A stretch of DNA of 64,000 nucleotides from Eledone cirrhosa. Taxonomy: Eukaryota. Location of the stretch: NCBI GenBank assembly GCA_964016885.1, contig OZ024760.1:16120001-16184000 (forward strand). Reading direction: 5' to 3'. Made by a program: the position numbers and the translations under genes. Every line of letters starts with the position of its first letter. The stretch's first letter is position 1. The notes beneath the pieces are model-generated. The model searched no databases. It worked only from the letters and a program-made list of their open reading frames with translations, and was not told where the DNA came from. This document shows positions 13,226 to 26,828 of this stretch, one piece after another.

Positions 13226-13717
13226 ATGCATGTGTGTGTGTGTGTGTGTGTGTATTAGATACTGTGTCAGTGCGTATGTATATAATTGGATGTGAATATG
13301 TGTGTACGTGTGTGTATGTCTGCCCAGTGGCTATGTACGTGTGTAGGAAATAATTGCTTCTACATCAGGCACAAGGCGAATAATTTGAACAAATCGAACC
13401 CTGTAAGCTAACCTCGGCGGCGGCGGCGGAATTCGAACTCAGAATGTAAAGGGCGGTAAGTATATGCCGCAAAGCATATTGTCCGACGCCCTACCGATTC
13501 TACTGCCAACCCACCACACTCTTGTTGTAAATAATAATTGTTTCTACTTTTGGCACAAGGCCAGCAATTATCCCAGTGCATTACTGGTACTTTATTTTAT
13601 CGACCCCGTAAGGATGAAAGGCAAAGTTAACCTTGGCGGGATTTGAACTCTAAATAATAATAATAATAATGATTTCTTTAATAATAAAGGATTTTTTTAA
13701 AAAAGAGAGAGAATTAC

Positions 13718-15127
13718 CTTTCGTTTTGATACAGGACGTCCTCTTTTACAAGGCGGTTTGGGTAGGCAGTTTTTGGTGACATGGTGACGACCAGCACTAC
13801 ATATACCACCACTCCTCACTAAAGCAGTCTTCTCTTTATCGGCTGGGGTCGTATCTGCTACTCCATGTGATAGGAGGGGTGCCTGGCAAGATGGGGACAC
13901 ACTGGGGATGTTCGGGGCGGAACAAGGAACGAAAGACGAACAATTTGTAGCTGTGGTGTTGATCGTGGTAGGTAAGGAAGAGTCTGAAGGGAAGACTGAG
14001 TTTGTTGTTGTTATTGTGGTTGTTGTTGCGGTGGTGGTGGTTGTTGCTGCTGTTGTTATTGTTGTTGTTGATGATAATGATGATGGCAGTGATGATGTTG
14101 CTGTTGTTGATGATGATGATGAAGACGGTAAAGGTGAATTGATATTTGGAAAGCTAGTTATTGAAGATCCACTTTTGGTCAGCACCAACTTACCGTTCGG
14201 TAAAAGCTGGATATTTTTACAAAATAACTCGTTCTCGATGATCGTGTTTAAGTCTATCTTGGCCAGGGCAGGTTCGAAACACTGTGAATGCCACCACAGT
14301 CCGATTTGTTCACGACTCACACCACCGACATCATCACCACCACCACCACCACCACTACTGCAACCATCATCATCACCACCACCACCACCACCGCCGCCGC
14401 CGCTACCATCATCATCATCATCTTCATGATCACCACCACCGTTGCAGTTGTTATCATTAAAAGTCTGTTGCGTTGTTCTGGTATTACTATCATTGTCATT
14501 ATTATTAATGTTAATGTTATTGTTATTATTGGTGGTGGTGGTCATGTGCGGATCCCTGTTATTCGGCCTGAACTTTTGACCAGAATGACTACAAGTTTTA
14601 CTGTTGTATGAACCATAGTTCGTAGTATTGGCGGCATGAACACGCTGATTAATTGTATTACTATTATCATTATTAATACTACTACTACTACTACAACAAC
14701 TGTTGTTGTTGGTGTTGTTGTTGTTATTGTTATTATTATTATTACTGGTTGTACAGTTATTATTATGTTTCTCACATCTATTGTTATTGCTGCTGCTGCT
14801 GTTGTTGTTGTTGTTGTTATTAACTGAACAGTAAGATTGTATGGCAGTCCGCAATTTCGTCGCAGCTTTCTTGTTTAAAAGTTCGGCATTCATTCTAGTC
14901 TTGGAGCACTTGGCCGCATTTCTGTAGCTGGTCCTTCCTTTATAAGTCACTTTAATGACAACATTTTCCTGAACAAGTTTGTTCATCATTTCCTCCGTTT
15001 CTTTTAAACTTAACCCATGTTTCCGCAAGGCCATGTGGCAAATATTTTCAAAATCAGGTCGGGCTTTGCGGCTTCGCAAGCGACCGATAATGTCCAGTAT
15101 CAAATCTTTTGCGGTATTTTCTGACAT
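13718..15127 (-). CDS. SAMD1: First coding exon (470 codons) of a SAMD1-like protein: N-terminal SAMD1/KAT6-type winged helix, probable second WH/H15-like domain, low-complexity tracts and an RGRP AT-hook-like motif
   Basis: N-terminus ILDIIGRLRSRKARPDFENICHM...VIKVTYKGRTSYRNAAK closely follows the SAMD1 winged helix as recalled (ILDTIDSLRSRKARPDLERICRM...LRVSYKGSISYRNAA). ATG at 15127 in context GGCAAGATG. The frame stays open across several trinucleotide repeats and ends at a phase-0 donor AAG|GTAATT (13718/13717). No SAM domain is visible in the window, so orthology is not proven. Confidence 0.85.
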
Positions 15128-15629
15128 CTTGCCTCCTTTATATTAAAACTGTTTATATATATATATGTCTACCTCTCAATATATATATATATATATATAT
15201 ATAGCTATGTATGTAGTATGATGTGATGTATGTATAATTAATATATATATTCTTAAATATATATAGATATATAAGCAAGTGTTAATGAAAGCTAGATGCG
15301 TATATAATACATATACGCAAACGTATCCTATTAATCGATGTACGTGTGTCTAAATATACAAGTGAAAATATGTGTGTATATATACACGCATCGCAGACCT
15401 ATCCTATTTATCAATCAATCAATATAGGTGTATATATATATATATTTTTAAGAATGCATGAGTGTATATATACATACATATGAATATATATCCAGTTTGG
15501 TGTATAATTAGCGTACCGTTAAGGTCTGTCCTCTTTGCCGGTTTGTAGCTGGGTTTCTTTTTTCGTCTTCCGTCACCTTTCAACTCTACATACATATATA
15601 TATACAGATATATATGTGTATATACATGC

Positions 15630-15661
<32 letters not shown>

Positions 15662-15948
15662 GTATGTATATACACTTTCTCCGGTCTTCTTCGCTTAAGC
15701 TCTGTCTGTCCGTCTGACTCTCTCACTTACTCTCTGTGTGTCACTATCCCTCACTCTCTCCCCCTCTATGTGACCTTTTCTCTCCCTTTCTCCCTTGTTT
15801 TTCGTGTCTTTCCGTCGCGCGTCTTGAATATGCGCATGTGTATATGTGCGTGTATATATATAAATATATCAGTATATTTATATGTGTATATATATATATA
15901 TATATGAGTATATTTATATTCTACATCAGCGTGTATATATAATATATA

Positions 15949-15982
<34 letters not shown>

Positions 15983-16402
15983 ATATAGGTATGAGCGCGC
16001 GTGTTTAAGTGTATATATAAACATATGTATGTGTATTAAAATGTATATATGCATGTGTTTTAAAGTGTATATATGTGTATATATATACGTATGTGCGTGT
16101 AAAAATGTATGTATATATATATATATATTTATACGGACATATATATGGATATATATGTTTAAGTATATGTTATAGATATGTGTGTGTATGTATGCCTGTG
16201 TATATGTGTGGGTATATGTGTGTGTGTCTGTCTGTCTTGTGTGCATGTGTGACTAGATATGTGTGTGTGTGTAGGTCTCGCAAAAAGGAAGCTATCTTAA
16301 GTGAAAGGGGAGTTGTAGTTTAGTTTAGAAAGTACAGTGAGCAACGTTTCACAAATACAACTTGCATACTCATGTATATATATATACACACAGACGTATA
16401 TA

Positions 16403-16433
<31 letters not shown>

Positions 16434-16623
16434 TATTGACATAAAAATACTTATACACACATGCACATATATGACACCAACACTTTCCTTACCCACCCTT
16501 CTAAGTCTCTCTCTCTCTCTCTCTGTCACTCTTTGTCTGTCACTGTCTCTCTCTCTCTCTTATCTTTACTTATACTTTTACTCTATCCGCGCGCTAACAC
16601 CTTATATCTTTTACTCTCTCTCG

Positions 16624-16655
<32 letters not shown>

Positions 16656-16730
16656 CCCTCTATCTTTCTATCGTATCTCTGTCTCTCTCTTTATATATTG
16701 AGTATATGTTGGTTGTTTACCGACACCACA

Positions 16731-16770
<40 letters not shown>

Positions 16771-17002
16771 CATTTCGCTGTCTCCACTTTTTTCGGTGTT
16801 CACGTGCCAATATTGCTCTATTTCCCTCCTCCCCCCTCTCACACTTATCGCCCCCCCCCCCCCCTAAAACTCTCCCCACTACCACTACCACCCTCTCATT
16901 ACTTCTTACACACTATCTCTCTCTTTTTTTTTTTTTGTCTCTCCTCTTAAATCTGCCACCCTCTCTCTCTTCCACATCTCCCAACCTAACTTTCTGAGAC
17001 AT

Positions 17003-18088
17003 CAATACCAGTACTACCAGTACCACCAACACCACTACCACCAGTACCACCACTACCACCAACACTACTACCACCAACACTACTACCACCAACACCACTA
17101 CCACCAACACCACTACCACCAACACCACTACCACCAACACTACTACCACCAACACTACTACCACCAACACTACTACCACCACTACCACCACCAACACTAC
17201 TACCACCACTACCACCAACACTACTACCACCACTACCACCACCAACACTACTACCACCACTACCACCAACACTACTACCACCACTACCACCACCAACACC
17301 ACTACCACCAACACTACTACCACCAACACCACTACCACCAACACTACTACCACCAACACTACTACCACCACTACCACCACCAGTACCACCAATACCACCA
17401 ACACTACTACCACCAACACTACTACCACCACTACCACCACCAGTACCACCAGTACCACCAACACTACTACCACCAACACTACTACCACCAACACTACTAC
17501 CACCACTACCACCACCAACACTACTACCACCACTACCACCACCAGTACCACCAACACTACCACCAACACTACTACCACCAACACCACTCATCAACAGTAC
17601 CACCAGTACCACCAACACTACTACCACCAACACCACTCATCAACAGTACCACCAGTACCACCAACACTACTACCACCAACACTCATCAACAGTACCACCA
17701 GTACCACCACCACTACCACCACCAACACCACTCAACTGTACCACCAGTACCACCAACACTACTACCACCACTACCACCACCAACACTCATCAATACTACC
17801 ACCAGTACTACCACCACCAACACTCACCAGTACTACCACCACCACCACTAACACTACCACCAACACTATCACCAACACCACTACCACCACCAACACTCAT
17901 CAACACTACTACCACCTACACTACCACCGCCAACACCACTACCACCATCCCAACATTACTACCAGTACTACCACCACCACCACTAACACTACCACCAACA
18001 CTATCACCAACACCACTACCACCACCAACACTCATCAACACTACTACCACCTACACTACCACCAACAACACTGCCACTACTACTACTA
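17003..18088. repeat. (ACC/ACT)n trinucleotide complex
   Basis: Direct reading; similar tracts at 43200-43990, 56700-57420, 58000-58500 and 63090-63490. Confidence 0.9.
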
Positions 18089-18389
18089 GAACATTGAACC
18101 CTCTGGGTGGTCGTGCGACCTGCTGGAAATAGCACCCCAATTTCCCTCAAATCACAACTCAGCCTTTAAAAGAAGAGACATATCAAAGATGAATGTACAC
18201 AAGAAAGTTGGAAGGAGGGTCATGCCCGGAACGGCTTTCATCGTACGTTTACTGGGTTATGGCTGACCTAGGACTACAACCACCACCACCACCACCACAA
18301 CAACAACAACCAGTACTACTATTATTGCTACTACTACTACTAGCTTAGCTTTGACTTTCATCCTTACGGGGGTGGGGTGGGGTGGGGGT

Positions 18390-18566
18390 GTCGATAAAAT
18401 AAAGTACCAGTAATACACTGGGGATAGGCGATAAAATAAAGTACCAGTAATACACTGGGGGGTCGATAAAATAAAGTACCAGTAATACACTGGGGAGTCG
18501 ATAAAATAAAGTACCAGTAATACACTGGGGGTAGTCGATAAAATAAAGTACCAGTAATACACTGGG
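18390..18566 (+). repeat. Tandem amplification (5x) of the SINE core segment
   Basis: cgataaaataaagtaccagtaatacactggg repeated five times. Confidence 0.9.
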
Positions 18567-19131
18567 GACGAATTTAATCGACTTTAACCTCCCTCAAACA
18601 TTGCCGGCCATGTGCCTAAATCTGTAACCCCTATTGCTACTACTAGCAGTTGAGTCCAAATTCCTCCAAGGTTGACTTTGCCTTTCATCCTTACGGGGAT
18701 CGATAAAATAAAGTACCAGTAATACACTGGGTTGATTCAATCGTCTTTCTTCTTCCGTTTAAATTGCTGACCTTGTGCCAAATGTAGAAACAATTATTAC
18801 TACTACTACTAGTAGTAGTAGTAGTAGTAGTAATAATAATTGTGTTTACATACTAATCATTATACGGAAAAACAAATTTGGTGGAAGGAGGTGGTGCGAG
18901 GTGGTGGTGGTGGTACGTACCATCAACGCCATCACCCTAACAGCTACAATCACTACTGCTACCCTTGAGAGGGCGCATGTGCGCTCAGTGGCCTCGTTTT
19001 ATCCGGGGGCGACACCTATTAACGTAACGTGACAAATTCGGAGTGTGGGGATAGACAGATAGAGATGTAGATATACAGATAGACAGGGAATATGACAGAC
19101 TTATATATATATATATATATATATATGACAG

Positions 19132-19175
<44 letters not shown>

Positions 19176-19227
19176 CAGAATTAGCCGTCGAAACGGCTTG
19201 AGCTCAGCCGTCGGGGTCCTACTCGTT

Positions 19228-19267
<40 letters not shown>

Positions 19268-19992
19268 TGCGTGTGTATAAACTGATAGACATATATATAT
19301 ATATACACATAGAGAGAGGGAGACAAATAGACAGATATATTTCTTTATTAGCCACAGGGGCACAAAAGAAGGGGACAAATACAAAGGGGGAAGTTTACAT
19401 ACAATAAAAACGTGTAAAATGGAGACAAATAGACAGATAGAGTGATAAACTGAGAGAGAGAGAGAGAGAGATACAAACAGATAGACAAAGAGGGTGACAG
19501 ACTGAGAGAGAGAAAGAAAGAGAGAAGGTTTGGTTTAAAGAAAGTGACTTAAAGAAAGAAAGAAGAAAATATATGACTTTGTGTGTAGATAAAGAGTGTG
19601 ATGAAGTAGTAAGGAGATGGTGGAGAGTGGGGGGCGGGGGAGGGGGGGGGGGGCAGAGAAATTAGATTGAATAAGAGAGAAAAGGAAGAAAGAGAACAAG
19701 AGTAATGGGCCGCAGGAGGAATGGTGTGAGGAAAAGGGGAGAGAACGATTTTTTTCCCCCTCTTCTCCGCACACGCAACATTTTCGCCGGCTGCCTTCCT
19801 TTCGTCGCTAAAATGTCTCTATCAATAGCTACACTAACAAATATATAAATATTTGATGATTTCTTACGAATGGAACAGTTCAAGTCCTGTAGAAGTCATT
19901 TCTATAATAAAATAATGTTGCTTATACTCTATTAAGGTATTGAGTCCCTTTTTTTTAATAGTGGTTATCTCCAGATATACACTGGTAATCCA

Positions 19993-20173
19993 CTGGCAGT
20001 ATCGGTAGAGGGTCGGACGCCATGCTTTGATGCATAGAGTTACGGCCCTTGCCATTCTGAGTTCAAATCCCGCCGAGGTTAACTTTGCCTTTCATCCTTA
20101 CGGGGTCGGTAAAATAGAGTACCAGTAATTCACTGGAATAATTGCTGGCCTTGTGCCAAAAGTAGAAACAATT
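19993..20173 (+). mobile_element. tRNA-derived SINE, full copy of the most abundant family
   Basis: tggcagtatcggtagag (A box), gagttcaaatccc (B box), conserved gcctttcatccttacggggtcg.taaaat...gtaccag body. Other copies at about 22-160, 820-905, 5875-6012, 12635-12725, 13400-13650, 18650-18790, 29875-29960, 47548-47665 and 54630-54748. Confidence 0.85.
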
Positions 20174-20182
20174 ATATTATAT

Positions 20183-20213
<31 letters not shown>

Positions 20214-20255
20214 CAATATATTAACAAATGGAAACTATATTTATAAAACCATATT

Positions 20256-20321
20256 TATTTTATTATACATATTTCAAGGGCCACCAAGGTAAATTATGGT
20301 GCACTTTCATCAGATAAAATA
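20256..20321 (-). ncRNA. Hammerhead ribozyme, family B (left arm of a palindrome)
   Basis: Reverse strand TATTTTAT CTGATGA AAGTGCACCA...TGGTGGCCCTT GAAA TATGTA TA ATAAAATA. Confidence 0.65.
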
Positions 20322-20355
20322 CACTACAGATTTGTTTTATAAATAAATATTGACA

Positions 20356-20417
20356 TTATCTGATGAAAGCGCACCATAATTTGCCTTGGTGGCCCTTGAA
20401 ATATGTATAATAAAATA
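20356..20417 (+). ncRNA. Hammerhead ribozyme, family B (right arm of a palindrome)
   Basis: TTAT CTGATGA AAGCGCACCA...TGGTGGCCCTT GAAA TATGTA TA ATAA. Confidence 0.65.
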
Positions 20418-20601
20418 AATATGGTTTTATAAATATAGTTTCCATTTGTTAATATATTGTGTATTTACTCCACTAAACTGTTGGGTGCTTTATATCAGTT
20501 ATAAAAATGTTTAAGCTTGTTGAATCCCAAGAAATTAAATATAACCTCTGCATATATATATATTTATATATACATACATACATAATATATATATATATAT
20601 A

Positions 20602-20682
<81 letters not shown>

Positions 20683-20683
<1 letters not shown>

Positions 20684-20780
20684 CAGGGCGTCCCCAAAAA
20701 TGTATACGCACTCTAACAGCATTCTAATAAATATTGCCTGTACAGGTAATAAAAGTGTGTATACATTTTTTGGGGACACC

Positions 20781-20784
<4 letters not shown>
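20683..20784. mobile_element. Tc1/mariner-type MITE (copies 32399-32480, 50219-50325, 52750-52836, partial 47925-47990)
   Basis: TIR cagggYgtccccaaaaa(a)tgtatac, TA-flanked. Confidence 0.8.
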
Positions 20785-20812
<28 letters not shown>

Positions 20813-20816
<4 letters not shown>

Positions 20817-21270
20817 TTGTCCCGGTATTCGCGGGGGTTACCTTCCTAGAACACCCGCGAGGAGCGAAAACCCGCGAATATTGGACGTGGTCAATAAAAA
20901 AGCCTATAAACCTCAAAATACAAGGTAAAATATTATAAAAAAGATGGAACGTCTTATGCGAAGGGGCGCCCAATAGGCCGGCAAATACTGTATATTGTTA
21001 TTAATAATTAAGAGGGTGACAGACTGTTATTAATAATTAAGAGGGTGACAGACTGTTATTAATAATTAAGAGGGTGACAGACTGTTATTAATAATTAAGA
21101 GTTAAAAAGCATGAAAAAAAATATATATTGCCACGAAAAAATCCATAAAAAAATCGCGGAAGATATTTACGATCCTGCAAATATGCGGTGGTTTCCGCGA
21201 ACAATTATTAGTTCGGCTCGAAGGAAAATTCCGCGAATAACAGAGATCGCGAATGCCGGGGATACACTGT
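20813..21270. mobile_element. pogo/Tigger-like MITE (shorter inverted copy at 12098-12390)
   Basis: TIRs cagttgtcccggtattcgcg / cgcgaatgccggggatacactg, TA-flanked; internal 29-bp tandem at 20995-21100. Confidence 0.75.
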
Positions 21271-21273
21271 ATG

Positions 21274-21318
<45 letters not shown>

Positions 21319-21431
21319 CATAAATACATATAAATGTAAATACATATTGGTGAGTATATAGAATTCACAAGAATCAAAGCTATGTTCAAAGCATTTATTC
21401 ACTTAGTGAGTATATATATATATACATACTT

Positions 21432-21478
<47 letters not shown>

Positions 21479-21856
21479 TCGTATGTACACATACAGGTGT
21501 TTGTGTGTGCTAACTAAATAATCATTATGTAATCAGTTATTTTAGTGTCGCCTCCTACAACACTAAAGGTAAACAGGGACCGTGTGTCTTGAACCAAGGC
21601 GCTTTCTCTCACTCAACATACTCTGGCAGTCACTCTCTCTCAGTCTCTCACTCCCAGTCACTCTCTCTCTCTCTCTCAGTCTCTCCCTCTCACTTACTCT
21701 CTCTCACCCTCTCACACACTTACTCTCTGGTGTTAGAAGTTCCGCGAACAAGTGTTGATATATCCAAAACATCTTTAAGCAACCAACACTACCGCTGTTA
21801 AACACCTTTTCCTACAACACTTTACTGACAGCAGCCTTCAACGATTACCTGTGTAC

Positions 21857-21919
<63 letters not shown>

Positions 21920-22072
21920 GTAGGAGCTGAGTTTTATTGTAGTACAATAAAGCAATGCAGATATCGGATAAGAAGCACTCTACAGTTTGTAGTGCAGTTT
22001 TTTAAATCAACATATGTTGATTTAAAACTGCACTATTCACAAGTGTTTTTTAACCTTCATATCATGTCTCCC

Positions 22073-22142
22073 TATTTTATCTGACGAAAACGCAAATGTC
22101 ATCGCATGATGATATTTGTTTTTGAAATGCGCATAATAAAAT
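22073..22142 (+). ncRNA. Hammerhead ribozyme, family A
   Basis: ATTTTAT CTGACGA ... GAAA TGCGCA TA ATAAAAT; copy of the 4207 element. Confidence 0.75.
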
Positions 22143-22173
22143 TCATGGAACTCTTTTAACCATCTTTTGATCT

Positions 22174-22212
<39 letters not shown>

Positions 22213-22331
22213 GAAGTTCTATTTAAAATTGTTGGGATACAACAAGTAAATATTTTTATAACAGCCTCCAAAAGTAATGGTTGCATTTTAAAAGGGTACG
22301 TCAAAGCTATTTGTAAAACTGTTATATATTG

Positions 22332-22396
22332 TATTTTGTCTGATGAAGGCATACCATAATTTAATGTGGTATCCCTGAAATATGTATAATGAAATA
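22332..22396 (+). ncRNA. Hammerhead ribozyme, family B
   Basis: TATTTTGT CTGATGA AGGCATACCAT...GTGGTATCCCT GAAA TATGTA TA ATGAAATA. Confidence 0.65.
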
Positions 22397-22435
22397 AATA
22401 TGGTTTTATAAATATAGTTTCCATTTATTAATATC

Positions 22436-22472
<37 letters not shown>

Positions 22473-22680
22473 GCGAGAATCGCATTTCGGTTGGTAGAAA
22501 TTAGCGAAACGCAACTTCCATATTGTGCAGACAAGCGCTCCATGGATATGAAGAAGATAGCAGAGCTATAAACATAAGTTAAAATAGTCATACACGCTGA
22601 GACGATGGTTAAGAAGCCATTATTACCCACCATAGTTGGCTATGGTGGTAAAGCGAACAAGCTAAACGGGTCAAACAAAA

Positions 22681-22732
<52 letters not shown>

Positions 22733-22975
22733 GTACAAATTGGAGGATGAGTATTTTAAACTTTATTTTATCATGAGTTAAGGCTGTATTGATTTTTCCC
22801 TGAATTTCACTAAATTCTGTTGCATGAATCTATATCCTGATTCTTTTTGAATTGAGTTTGAATTATTTTTCCCCACATCTTACGTTAACTATTTTCCCAT
22901 TTTGCCGCTATAGTCACTTATATATTATGGAATACTGTTGGCTTCTTGCTTTTAATAATTTCTATACTTTTCATT

Positions 22976-23027
<52 letters not shown>

Positions 23028-23079
23028 TGTATGTATGTATGTATGTATGTATGTATGTATGTATGTATGTATGTATGTA

Positions 23080-23157
<78 letters not shown>

Positions 23158-23225
23158 GTAATTCCGTCGGAAAGGGCCAGGAAAAAGAGTGCTAAAATCC
23201 ACTGTCAATAAATACACCAGGATTT

Positions 23226-23286
23226 TTTCATTCTGATGATTGAAAGCAAGTTTTGTTTGCTTTCAAGAAACCACTGGTAAATGAAA
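23226..23286 (+). ncRNA. Hammerhead ribozyme, family D
   Basis: TTTCATT CTGATGA TTGAAAGCAA...TTGCTTTCAA GAAA CCA-C-TGG TA AATGAAA; perfect stems, GUA triplet. Confidence 0.8.
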
Positions 23287-23311
23287 TAATTATCTTATGT
23301 TGTTTATTACA

Positions 23312-23352
<41 letters not shown>

Positions 23353-23369
23353 TCACACACATAATATAT

Positions 23370-23400
<31 letters not shown>

Positions 23401-23576
23401 GAAGTGTTTCCGTAGGAAAGGTAAAGGAAAAGAGAGTGCTCTATGTAGGCTACAGAGCTTTTTAGTTATGTAATAAACAACATAAGATGATTATTTCGTT
23501 TACCAAAGTCAGACGTCTGTGTCAGAAATAGCAGTCGAAACGGCCGGAGCTCAGCCGTCGGGGTCCTGACTCATTT

Positions 23577-23619
<43 letters not shown>

Positions 23620-23741
23620 TACATGATTAAATAGCTCTGTACAATACATAGAGCACTCTCCTTTCCTTTACCTTTTCTACGGAAATACTTAACACACACA
23701 CAAACACCCACACACATATATATATATATAAATATAGTGTG

Positions 23742-23777
<36 letters not shown>

Positions 23778-23813
23778 ATTACCAAATGGAAACTATATTT
23801 ATAAAACCATATT

Positions 23814-23878
23814 TATTTCATTATACATATTTCAAGGACACCAAGTTAAATTATGGTGTGCTTTCATCAGATAAAATA
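23814..23878 (-). ncRNA. Hammerhead ribozyme, family B
   Basis: Reverse strand TATTTTAT CTGATGA AAGCACACCA...TGGTGTCCTT GAAA TATGTA TA ATGAAATA. Confidence 0.65.
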
Positions 23879-23984
23879 TAATATAGACCAGTTTTATAGA
23901 TAAATATTGACATACCCTTAAAGAATGCAACCATTTCTGTTGGAAGCTCCAGGATAGACAAAGTTAATATCGAGTCTGGTGTAA

Positions 23985-24342
23985 ATTGATATAGAGACGG
24001 GGTTTGGGAGAGTGTGTTGTATATTAGATATAGAGAGGGGGATTAGAAGAGAGTTCCGTGTGGTAGATATAGAGAGTGTGAAAGTTTAGTGCTAATTGAT
24101 ATAGAGAGGGGGATTGGAAGAGAGTTCCTTGTAGTAGATATAGAGAGAGGGATAGTTTGGTGTCAATTGATATAGTGAGGGGGATTGGAAGAGAGTTCCT
24201 TGTAGTAGATATAGAGAGGGGGATAGTTTGGTGTCAATTGATATAGTGAGGGGGATTGGAAGAGAGTTCCTTGTAGTAGATATAGAGAGAGGGGGATAGT
24301 TTGGTGTCAATTGATATAAAGAGGGGGATTGGAAGAGAGTTC
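23985..24342. repeat. GATATAGAGAGGGG minisatellite (second locus at 30778-31130)
   Basis: Alternating units gatatagagagggggattggaagagagt... and ...tttggtg..aatt. Confidence 0.85.
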
Positions 24343-24995
24343 TCCTGCTTATTCCAAATCGCCGCCGCTTATTCCACTACCTCCTTATTCCAACTCCCTT
24401 CGCTTATCCTTTCCCCCCTCACTTATTCCACCCATCCCCCTCTTATTATTATTTGGGACCCGAACGTATTTCTTTCAACTAAGGAATGTTTTAGACGGAG
24501 TGACATATAAAATTATATACCAGCCCCTCCTCACTAGCAGGAACTCAACATTCCTATCTAAGTATTGGCTTTGATTTTGTCCTTCACCCCTGTCTGCTAT
24601 TCCCCCGTAAAGATGACCAAATATTTACCAATCAGCTGCTCCAAAACCTTTTAAATAATTTCTAAACGATTCCAGGCCATCAGAAACCAATAATTATTAT
24701 TGTCAAATTTTCATCATCCGATAATACAAGTATGTAATCAGTTTGATTTAGCAAGACCGAGCTTGCCTACATATAGTACATATATACACCAAGCCGTCGA
24801 AACGGCTTGAGCTCAGCCGTCGGGGTCTTACTTACTCCTATTACCCACTCTACTACCCTAAGTATTGAGTACTTTGGTGCGTTATGGTCCACTTGGTTCC
24901 TTACCACTTTTCCTTCGCTATATATATATATAGCAAGACCGAGCTTGTCTTCATATAGTACATATATACACCCATATATATATATATATACACCC

Positions 24996-25027
<32 letters not shown>

Positions 25028-25166
25028 CCATATATATATATACATCCATATATATGTATATATATATCCATATATATATGTATATATATACAGAGACACA
25101 ATACGCACACACACACACATATATATATATAGCAAGACCGAGCTTGCCTTCATATAGTACATATAT

Positions 25167-25322
<156 letters not shown>

Positions 25323-25517
25323 CGCACACACACACAGACATACACAGAGACACACACACACATACACGCAGGGTGTGTATGTTACCCTTATATATATATA
25401 TGTGTATGCAGAAGGCAAAAGGCAAACGACACAGTATAATGAAGAAATATATTAGTTTTATGCTTGATATAGGAGGAAAAAAGTCTTAACGTTCTGAAAG
25501 CAAGTCCTTCATCAGAA

Positions 25518-25564
<47 letters not shown>

Positions 25565-25584
25565 ATATAATATATATATATATG

Positions 25585-25656
<72 letters not shown>

Positions 25657-25880
25657 CGAGTATGACCCCGACGGCAGAGCTCCTTGTTCCTATTACCCAC
25701 TCTACTACCCTAAGTATTGAGTACTTTGGTGCGTTATGGTCCATCTGGTTCCTTACCACATTTTCTTCGTTATATATATATATATATATATGAAGTAATT
25801 CCGTCGGAAAAGTCCAGGAAAAAAGAGTGCTCTATGTAGGTAACAGAGCTTAATAGTTATGTAATAAACAACATAAGGCA

Positions 25881-25940
25881 TTCCATTTACCAGTGGTTTC
25901 TTAAAAGCAAAAAATTTTGCTTTCAATCATCAGAATGAAA
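25881..25940 (-). ncRNA. Hammerhead ribozyme, family D (left arm of a palindrome)
   Basis: Reverse strand TTCATT CTGATGA TTGAAAGCAAAA...TTTTGCTTTTAA GAAA CCACTGG TA AATGGA. Confidence 0.75.
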
Positions 25941-26030
25941 AAATCCTGGTCTATTTATTGAACTGGATTTTAAAAAACAATTTTTAAAATCCAATTTTTA
26001 AAATCCAATTCAATAAATAGACCAGGATTT

Positions 26031-26091
26031 ATTCATTCTGATGATTGAAAGCAAATTTTTTTACTTTTAAGAAACCACTGGTAAATGGAAT
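26031..26091 (+). ncRNA. Hammerhead ribozyme, family D (right arm of a palindrome)
   Basis: TTCATT CTGATGA TTGAAAG...CTTTTAA GAAA CCACTGG TA AATGGA. Confidence 0.7.
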
Positions 26092-26115
26092 AATTGCCTT
26101 ATGTTATTTATTACA

Positions 26116-26208
<93 letters not shown>

Positions 26209-26461
26209 ATATATATATATATGTTTCCTTGTGCAAGACACTTTATTTCAGATCCAGTTTACTCAGCTGTAGAAATGAGATGATAGGGACTGGGGTCCCT
26301 ATCATTCCACTGCAAAGTGGTCGTGTAGGTGCCACGGAAAAAAGCACCCAGCCCACACTGTAAATGATGTTGGTGTTAGGAAGGGCATCCAGCTGTAGAA
26401 ATCAAACCAGTATCAGTTCCCGTCCCACCCTTGCAAGCAGGGAAAAGCGGATGTAAAATGA

Positions 26462-26527
<66 letters not shown>

Positions 26528-26777
26528 GTATGTGTGAAGTATTTCCGTAGAAAAGGTAAAGTAAAGAAGAGTGCTCTATATATAGTACAGAGCTATTTAA
26601 TTACATAATAAACAACACATTATAATTATTCCATTACCTAAGGTTTCACGAAGTCAGACGATTCTAACAGAAGCGTCTGAATCCGTTAAAATCTAGAAAA
26701 TAGATTTTAATTTCATATCTTATATCAAATCAAAGATTTCTATCTGATGAACGGATTATATTGTGTTGTTTATTACA

Positions 26778-26828
<51 letters not shown>

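Noticed and set aside
13697-13717. C-terminal VILSLF and stop of the 476-aa ORF
   Set aside because: Probably read-through into an intron after the AAG|GTAATT donor
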